A stretch of 63,981 nucleotides of DNA, filler included, from an uncultured bacterium (GTDB taxonomy: Bacteria; CAYJOG01): NCBI GenBank assembly GCA_964371695.1. It is 5 parts of 5 records of this genome, joined end to end, with 100 filler letters (N's around TTAATTAATTAA, not from the genome) between each part and the next. Parts side by side here need not be neighbours in the genome. Positions count along the whole stretch, not along the records: positions 52,489 to 63,981 come from CAYJOG010000046.1; 4 more parts are not named here. The stretch is one strand, 5' to 3'. How positions within the stretch are numbered: the stretch's first letter is position 1; every line of letters begins with the position of its first letter. Made by a program: the position numbers and the translations under genes. This document shows, piece after piece, positions 58,222 through 63,981 of the stretch. Below the pieces are notes generated by a model. The model did no database searches. It was not told where the DNA came from and saw nothing but the letters and a program-made list of their open reading frames with translations.

Positions 58222-58432
58222 ATACCAATTCACAATGAAAACAGGTGTAAGGCTGCCCGGTGGACAATGTGCAAAAGGTTGAGGTAAAGACAAGGTGGGT
58301 TGGAATTGGTATGAATTCATGGATGAATTCAACTCGAACACCGAGGCGTTATAAGCGCCGCAGGTGTTCGTGCGCGTGGCCGGGGTTTTACCCAGGCCAC
58401 GGCGGTCGAAAAAATCCACGGAGGGATTTTTG
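58222..58432 (+). mobile_element. Family B structured repeat
   Basis: ATACCAATTC (58222) ... GAATTGGTAT (58312) then GAATTCATGGATGAATTC and GAACACC..GGTGTTC stem. Confidence 0.7.
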
Positions 58433-58509
58433 AGATAAGTTTTAACGGTTTCGAGGCATCCAGTGGTGGATTGTCATGTGTGGGCGGGCGGATGCCTTAA
58501 AATTGAGGC

Positions 58510-59034
58510 ATGTCCCCCGATGAAAACCAAGAGGCCCTGCTCAAACGGATTGAACACCTGGAAAAACTGCTGGGTGTGGGAGAAGGCCAGGACCACGGGC
58601 CAAACGGGGCGGTCAGGGCGCGCCGTCTGCAACTGGTGGATCACAACGGCGACGTGCGTGTGGAACTGGCCTTTGGGGCAAACGAAGAACCGCAGATGAC
58701 CATGACCGACGAAAAGGGTGTGTTGCGCCTGCGTCTGGGGCTGGAGATGGACGGCACGCCGGGGTTGTTCTTTTTTGATGACGCGGGCAAGGAGCGTCTG
58801 GCGCTGGACATGGCCCGCAGCGGTCTGATCGGTGTGTATCTGCTGAATCAAAAAGGCAAGCGGCTGCTGAGTTTCAAGATTGGTTCTGACGGCTCACCGG
58901 CGCTCGCCATGTCTGACGAACAAGGCAACACCCGCACGCTCCTGAGTCTGCTGGAAAACGGCAGCCCGGTGTTTCATCTGCTGGATGCAGACGGCGGCAC
59001 ATTGGCGGCCCTGCCAGGGGAGGCTGTTGAATAA
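58510..59034 (+). CDS. Hypothetical protein with N-terminal coiled coil and ~6 23-aa beta repeats
   Basis: EALLKRIEHLEKLL then repeats of G.P.L.L.D..G..R..L.L. Confidence 0.8.
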   Translation: MSPDENQEALLKRIEHLEKLLGVGEGQDHGPNGAVRARRLQLVDHNGDVRVELAFGANEEPQMTMTDEKGVLRLRLGLEMDGTPGLFFFDDAGKERLALDMARSGLIGVYLLNQKGKRLLSFKIGSDGSPALAMSDEQGNTRTLLSLLENGSPVFHLLDADGGTLAALPGEAVE

Positions 59035-59106
59035 CAGGGTGTTTGTGGCCCTCGGCGCCCCCCATTGAAGCCGCCCCGCAGCCTGTTACCATGTTTCACT
59101 ACATTT

Positions 59107-59181
59107 TGGGGCGTAGCCAAGCGGTAAGGCAGCGGGTTTTGGTCCCGCCATTCGTAGGTTCGAGTCCTACCGCCCCAGCCA
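59107..59181 (+). tRNA. tRNA-Gln (anticodon TTG)
   Basis: TGGGGCG/CGCCCCA acceptor stem, AGCCAAGCGGTAAGGC D arm, GCGGG-TTTTGGT-CCCGC anticodon arm, GTTCGAGTC T loop, encoded CCA. Confidence 0.98.
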
Positions 59182-59275
59182 AGAGTTGTTTCTTTGGGTT
59201 GGGTTAGCAGGGTGTTGACAAACACCCTGTTGGTTGTGATTGGGATAAAAAGGAGCCGCTGAAAACAAAAATTTC

Positions 59276-60082
59276 ATGACCGATGCCGCCCTGCCCACCG
59301 ACTGGAGCACCTGGACCCTGTATCAGGTGAGTCTGTTCATGCTCATTCTGGTGCGGTGTCTGTCGCTGTTTGTGATCACGCCGGTGCTGGGGTCGCAGCA
59401 GTTCCCCAACGTGGCCAAAATTGGCGTGGGGCTGGCGCTGGCGGTGATTTTTTACCCCCTGGCGCTGGCGGCGCACCCGGCGTTGCCCACCACCCTGCCG
59501 GGTTTTGTGGTGCTGGCCATCAAGGAAATCGGTGTGGGACTGCTGCTGGGATTTGTGGCGGTGATTCTGTTTGCGGGCATCCAACTGGCGGGCCAGGTAT
59601 TTGGTCTTCAGATGGGTTTTGGCGTGGTGAACGTGTTTGACCCGCAGAGCAACATGCAGATTCCCCTCATGGGGCAGTTCCAGTTTTTGCTGGCGTTCAT
59701 GCTGTTTATCGGCGTGGGGGGGCACCACCTGTTTCTGGAGGGGCTGGGGCGGAGTTTTGACCTGGTGCCAGTGGGTAAGGCGATTTATGCCAAAGGGCTG
59801 GCGGGTCAGTTTCTGCACCTGCTGCAGGCGTCGTTCATTTTTGCCTTCCGGTTGGGCATGCCGGTGATCGCCACCCTGCTGGTGGCCCAGGTGGCCCTGG
59901 GGGTGATCGCCCGCCTCATGCCCCAAATGAACGTGTTCATGGTGACGGTGCCGGTGCAGATTGCCCTGGGCCTGGTGGTGCTGGGTCTGTCGTTGGGTTA
60001 TCTGGGCAGTGTGCTCAAATGGGGCATGCTGGCGCTCAAGGGGGGCCTGGAAGGGGTGCTTCGGCTGCTGATGGGCGGATAA
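59276..60082 (+). CDS. fliR: Flagellar export apparatus protein FliR
   Basis: AGQVFGLQMGFG...FDP, GGHHLFL, ARLMPQMNVFMV..P.QI..GL. Confidence 0.93.
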   Translation: MTDAALPTDWSTWTLYQVSLFMLILVRCLSLFVITPVLGSQQFPNVAKIGVGLALAVIFYPLALAAHPALPTTLPGFVVLAIKEIGVGLLLGFVAVILFAGIQLAGQVFGLQMGFGVVNVFDPQSNMQIPLMGQFQFLLAFMLFIGVGGHHLFLEGLGRSFDLVPVGKAIYAKGLAGQFLHLLQASFIFAFRLGMPVIATLLVAQVALGVIARLMPQMNVFMVTVPVQIALGLVVLGLSLGYLGSVLKWGMLALKGGLEGVLRLLMGG

Positions 60083-60516
60083 CCTGTTTGAAAACGAATG
60101 AAGATTTGTTTTCAAACAGGTGCTTGCGGTCAGGGATGACCGCATCCGAAAACCGAAGTGTTGAAAACACTGAGGTTTTCGCCACGCCGAGGGGGCTTTG
60201 CCCCCGCTGGCGTTGGGTTTTATGTCAATTCTCAACCGAAACAGCATTAATCCGCCTTTATTGCCCGGTTGAAAAAAGGGGAGGGCGAAGTCAGCCGGGG
60301 TGAAGAGAATTGGTATGAATTCATGGATGAATTCGGCCCGAACACCGAGGCGCAGCAAGCGCCGCAGGTGTTTGCGGCGCAAGCGGGCTTTGCCTGCGCA
60401 GCGCCGGGCCGCAGCCATTCACGACGAATGGCAAGGCCAATTAAACCAATGAACATTCTGCTGTTTCGAATGTTCATTGGTTTTAAAAGTCCACGACGGA
60501 CTTTTAAAACAGGCTT
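60080..60516. mobile_element. Family A MITE interrupted by a nested family B element (60222-60480)
   Basis: A-type sequence to 60222, B element, then the A-type terminal hairpin TTTTAAAAGTCCACGACGGACTTTTAAAACAGGC; GGTTTTA on both sides of B. Confidence 0.75.
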
Positions 60517-60543
60517 CGAGAGGTTTTGTGGTACGATTTCTCC

Positions 60544-61065
60544 ATGCGAGCCAAAAAGGGTGGGCGGCGAGGCAGTCTGGCCTTGGCCGGTGTGTCGCTG
60601 ATTGAGTTGATGATTGTCATCGCCGTGATCGGGATTCTGGCGGGCATCACCATTCCCAACTACACGCGTCTGAGGGACAGGGAAAGGGCGAAGGGCTGTT
60701 ATGTGGCAGTCAAAACTGTGGTGCTGGCCCAGGAGATGTTTTACAAGGACGTGGGCAGCTACGCCACCACCCTGTCCAAGTTGAACAACTATCAGTTGCC
60801 CAATCTGGGAATGGCGGGCAACAACAGCTTTTATCTGCTGACCAACAAACTCACGGCGCCCATCAACCGCAATGGCTGCAACACCGTTTCCATCCTTTCG
60901 GCAGACAACGGCAACTGGCTGGCCAACGCCGTGCCCATGGGCAAATACGGTTCGGAAGGGTGTACTTTCCAGTTCAACATCACCAACCATCGGGCCAACT
61001 GGAACGTCATCAGTTGTGGGGGAGCGGACGCCCTCACCAAAAGGGATTTTTCTGCCTTGAACTGA
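60544..61065 (+). CDS. Type IV pilin-like protein
   Basis: G|VSLIELMIVIAVIGILAGITIPNY class III signal peptide. Confidence 0.9.
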   Translation: MRAKKGGRRGSLALAGVSLIELMIVIAVIGILAGITIPNYTRLRDRERAKGCYVAVKTVVLAQEMFYKDVGSYATTLSKLNNYQLPNLGMAGNNSFYLLTNKLTAPINRNGCNTVSILSADNGNWLANAVPMGKYGSEGCTFQFNITNHRANWNVISCGGADALTKRDFSALN

Positions 61066-61071
61066 GCCTAA

Positions 61072-61254
61072 GGGCCTGTTTTAAAATTAGGGCATGTGAA
61101 ACATGGTCTAATTTTAAGCAGGCTTTTGCGGTCATGGATGACCGCACCCGAAAGCCGAAGCTTTGTAAAAGCGGAGGTTTTCGCCCCGCAAGGGGGCTTT
61201 GCCCCCGCCAGCGGGTGGTTTTAAAAGTCCAGGATGGACTTTTAAAACAGGCGC
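61072..61254. mobile_element. 183-bp family A MITE (opposite orientation to 616-798)
   Basis: TAA-GGGCCTGTTT ... AAACAGGCGC-CAA; colinear with reverse complement of 616-798 and same length. Confidence 0.8.
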
Positions 61255-61553
61255 CAAGGGGTGTGGGCCAGCGGTGTATTTGGTAAAAATGGAGGAGTAG
61301 GTGTGGTGTCCCCACTGCGCCAATACAGCAGCGATGTCCTCATCGCTGCTACGCATTTTGAGCCGAATAAACCACCAGGGCCTTTTTGAGGGAAAAGCGC
61401 TTGCAACCGAAGGGACAAGGGCGCTAGACTTATACCTAAGGCTAATTTCCCCTTTCTTTATACTGTTTCTGTGTTTGTGCGCAGCAAGGCGCGAAAACAG
61501 GCGTTTTTCACATGAAAATTGACATTAAATCGGACAGAAAGGAGGTGAAAACC

Positions 61554-61976
61554 ATGAAAAATCTCAAGAAATTGAAAGGCACCGGCGGCTTTACGCTTAT
61601 CGAACTTATGATTGTTATCGCCATCATCGGCATTCTGGCCGCCATCGCCATTCCGAACTTCCTGAACATCCGCGCCCGTGCCCAGTTCAGCGCCTGCAAC
61701 ACCGGCATGGGCAGCATCCGCACGGCCGAGGAAATGTTCATGTCCGACAACGACGCCTACGGCAGTCTGGCCAACCTCAACAGCTACGCCGGCCGCACAT
61801 ATATTGACCAAGCCAAGGTTACGTCTAACTGCGTGGCAGCGCCCTTCATCACGCTGGGTGGCACCAACAACAGCACGTTCAACGTCAATGCCGTGCCAAA
61901 AGGCAAGTTCTCCAGCACCTGCAACATTTTCTTCACCGAGGTGGTCAACAACACCAACGGCACCTGCTGGATCTGA
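61554..61976 (+). CDS. pilA: Type IV pilin, probable major subunit
   Basis: G|FTLIELMIVIAIIGILAAIAIPNF; very strong RBS AGAAAGGAGGTGA; own terminator. Confidence 0.88.
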   Translation: MKNLKKLKGTGGFTLIELMIVIAIIGILAAIAIPNFLNIRARAQFSACNTGMGSIRTAEEMFMSDNDAYGSLANLNSYAGRTYIDQAKVTSNCVAAPFITLGGTNNSTFNVNAVPKGKFSSTCNIFFTEVVNNTNGTCWI

Positions 61977-62002
61977 TTCCGGCCCCAATGCCTGATTTTC
62001 AT

Positions 62003-62030
62003 GCCACCCGCTCCGGCGGGTGGTTTTTTT
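62003..62030 (+). terminator. Rho-independent terminator after pilin
   Basis: GCCACCCGC-TCCG-GCGGGTGGT followed by a T-run. Confidence 0.85.
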
Positions 62031-62101
62031 GTGCAGCCCGACCCATGCGGATTGAGTCTTGCGGTTTGAATCTTGAGGCTGGGGCCGGTTATCATGGGGC
62101 C

Positions 62102-63310
62102 GTGCCCACTTACAGCTACAAGTGCCGCGATGGCAAGGGCGCGTCCGTCACCGGCACCATCGAGGCCGACAGCGACGCTGCCGCACGAGAGGCCCTAAGA
62201 GAAAAAGACCTGCTGGTCATTTCCATCAATCAGTCGGCGGCGGGGGGCAAAAAACAGAGCTTCTTCGAGGCCATGAAGAAGGTGAAGCTCAAGTCTCTGG
62301 CGATTTTTACGCGCCAGTTCGCCACCATGATCAACAGCGGCCTCAGCTTGGTGCGCGCCCTGGATGTGCTGACGATTCAGACCGAAGACAAAAAGCTGGC
62401 GGACATTCTGAGCATGATCAAGGAAGACGTGGAGCAGGGCAGCACACTCACCGACGCCTTTGGTAAATACCCCGACACCTTCAACGCCCTGTTCATCAAC
62501 CTGGTGAGCGCCGGCGAGGTGGGTGGTGTGCTGGACGAAGTGATGGCGCGCTTGGCGATCTTCATTGAAAAAGACCAGGAACTGAAGGCCAAGGTGAAGT
62601 CCGCCATGACCTATCCCACCATCATCTTTATTTTTGCCAACGTCATCGTCATTTTTCTGTTGGTGTTCATCCTGCCCACGTTCATCGCCATGTTCACCGA
62701 AATGGGCGTGGAGCTGCCCGCTCCCACGGCATTTCTGGTGAACGTGAGCAAAAGTCTCACCAGTTACTGGTATATGTGGTTGGCAACTCTCTTTGGCATG
62801 GCGTTTGGCCTCAAGGCGTGGCGAAAAACCGAGAGCGGGCGGTATCGTTGGGATTCCCTGATGCTCAAGCTGCCGGTGTTTGGCATGCTGAACACCAAAA
62901 TCGCCGTCAGCCGGTTTGCCCGCACCATGAGCACGCTGCTTTCCAGCGGTGTGCCCATCATGCAGTCGCTGGAAGTGGTGGCCAAGGCCAGCGGCAACGC
63001 CGTGATGGAAGGGGGGCTGATGAACGTGCGCGAGCAGATCCGCGAAGGCTCCAACATGGCCGACCCCATCGCCGCCATGCCCATTTTTCCCCCCATGGTC
63101 ACCCACATGATCGCCGTGGGTGAAGAAACCGGTAACCTGGACGCCATGCTGGAGAAGGTGAGTGATTTTTATGACATGGAAGTGGAGCGCACCCTGGAAT
63201 CCCTCACCGCCATGATCGAGCCGTTGTTGATGGTGTTCATGGGTGTGGTGGTGGGGTTTATCGTGGTGGCCATGTTTTTGCCCATGTTCAGCCTGCTCAA
63301 CGCCATCTGA
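62102..63310 (+). CDS. pilC: Type IV pilus platform protein PilC (T2SS F family)
   Basis: FTRQFATMINSGL, AGEVGGVLD, KVKSAMTYP, VGEETGNLDAML, IEP; GTG start at 62102. Confidence 0.95.
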   Translation: MPTYSYKCRDGKGASVTGTIEADSDAAAREALREKDLLVISINQSAAGGKKQSFFEAMKKVKLKSLAIFTRQFATMINSGLSLVRALDVLTIQTEDKKLADILSMIKEDVEQGSTLTDAFGKYPDTFNALFINLVSAGEVGGVLDEVMARLAIFIEKDQELKAKVKSAMTYPTIIFIFANVIVIFLLVFILPTFIAMFTEMGVELPAPTAFLVNVSKSLTSYWYMWLATLFGMAFGLKAWRKTESGRYRWDSLMLKLPVFGMLNTKIAVSRFARTMSTLLSSGVPIMQSLEVVAKASGNAVMEGGLMNVREQIREGSNMADPIAAMPIFPPMVTHMIAVGEETGNLDAMLEKVSDFYDMEVERTLESLTAMIEPLLMVFMGVVVGFIVVAMFLPMFSLLNAI

Positions 63311-63346
63311 TAGAAAATTCTTCAAACGGGTATAGTTAAACCTCAC

Positions 63347-63805
63347 ATGAACAAACCCCTCTTGAAACGGAAGAAAAGCGGCACAAAGGGCTTGCGCGGG
63401 TTCACTCTGGTTGAACTTTTGTTGGTGATTTTCATCATTGCCACACTGGGGGCCATCGCCATCCCCTATTTTCAGGGCCAGCGCAAGCACGCCAGGGCCA
63501 ATGCGGGCGTAGCCACGCTCAAGAGCATCCAGACCGCCCAGGAGATTTATGAACAGGACATGAACACCTATGTGCCCGCTGCTGCGGATTTCAACCAGTT
63601 GGCGACGGCGTTGGGGGGGCGTATCAATTCCGACGGCGCAAACCTTCAGAAAACCCTGCAGGTGTTTTCCTCCTATGTGGGAACTCAAACCACGTGGCAA
63701 CTGGATGTGGTGATTGAAGAGGCCCAGATCCGCGCCTCTCAGGACGCCATCTGCTGCGTTTCCATGCCCACCTGCACTTATGCCGATGAACTGCCCTCCT
63801 GCTGA
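63347..63805 (+). CDS. Type IV pilin-like protein
   Basis: G|FTLVELLLVIFIIATLGAIAIPYF. Confidence 0.9.
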   Translation: MNKPLLKRKKSGTKGLRGFTLVELLLVIFIIATLGAIAIPYFQGQRKHARANAGVATLKSIQTAQEIYEQDMNTYVPAAADFNQLATALGGRINSDGANLQKTLQVFSSYVGTQTTWQLDVVIEEAQIRASQDAICCVSMPTCTYADELPSC

Positions 63806-63896
63806 AGAGGCCGCGACCTGGTGGTTCATCCGATTTGAGATGCGTAGCAGTGATGTCCTCACTGCTGGTGTATGGGTGCGGTGTCCCCGCCGCACC

Positions 63897-63981
63897 CATT
63901 GCTGTCAGGTTTGTGGGAAAAGTCCTGGATTATCAGGGGTTTTTTGAGGTAGCCCCGGCGTCCCGCCGGGAGTGTCAACCG
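63897..63981. mobile_element. Family D MITE, left part (cut by window end)
   Basis: CATTGCTGTCAGGTTTGTG...TCAGGGGTTTTTTGAGGTAGCCCCGGCGTCCCGCCGGGAGTGTCAACCG, near-identical to 24974-25058. Confidence 0.8.

Noticed and set aside
59107-59181. tRNA as an integration site for a prophage or island
   Set aside because: No integrase and no duplicated tRNA 3' end seen in the window.
58974-59225. Short ORF containing WGGRTRTYEWRDQNPLPYRLAT
   Set aside because: It is the antisense reading of tRNA-Gln.
60269-60601. Similar short ORFs WYEFMDEF... here and at 49222-49428
   Set aside because: Both are readings of the family B repeat; starts and lengths are not conserved, so no evidence of a real peptide.

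Overview
GC-rich bacterial draft genome or MAG, probably a diderm of uncertain lineage. The window is five unrelated ~13-kb contigs joined by artificial N-TTAATTAATTAA-N linkers (13203-13302, 26472-26571, 39650-39749, 52389-52488), so adjacency across those joins means nothing. Content is mostly core genes (rplU/rpmA, rplQ, leuC, aroC, pth-mfd, uvrA, CCA-adding enzyme, gltX, ccmF/G/H/I, tRNA-Gln, fliR, pilin genes and pilC), plus vapBC, two radical SAM enzymes, alpha-2-macroglobulin and several large unusual proteins. Most interesting observations: (1) an ABC permease whose N-terminus looks like a catalytically dead IS1182/IS5-type transposase domain (DUF772) fused in frame; (2) an 1822-aa exported protein with SPOR-like domains at both ends separated by 13 tandem repeats; (3) several families of non-autonomous hairpin-rich repeats (MITE/REP-like) showing compensatory base changes, target duplications, nesting and shared modules; (4) a CHASE2 adenylate cyclase with a ~640-aa insertion; (5) a COG1964/Tes-like radical SAM enzyme that has lost its C-terminal cysteines. 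All family assignments come from visual motif recognition, not database searches.
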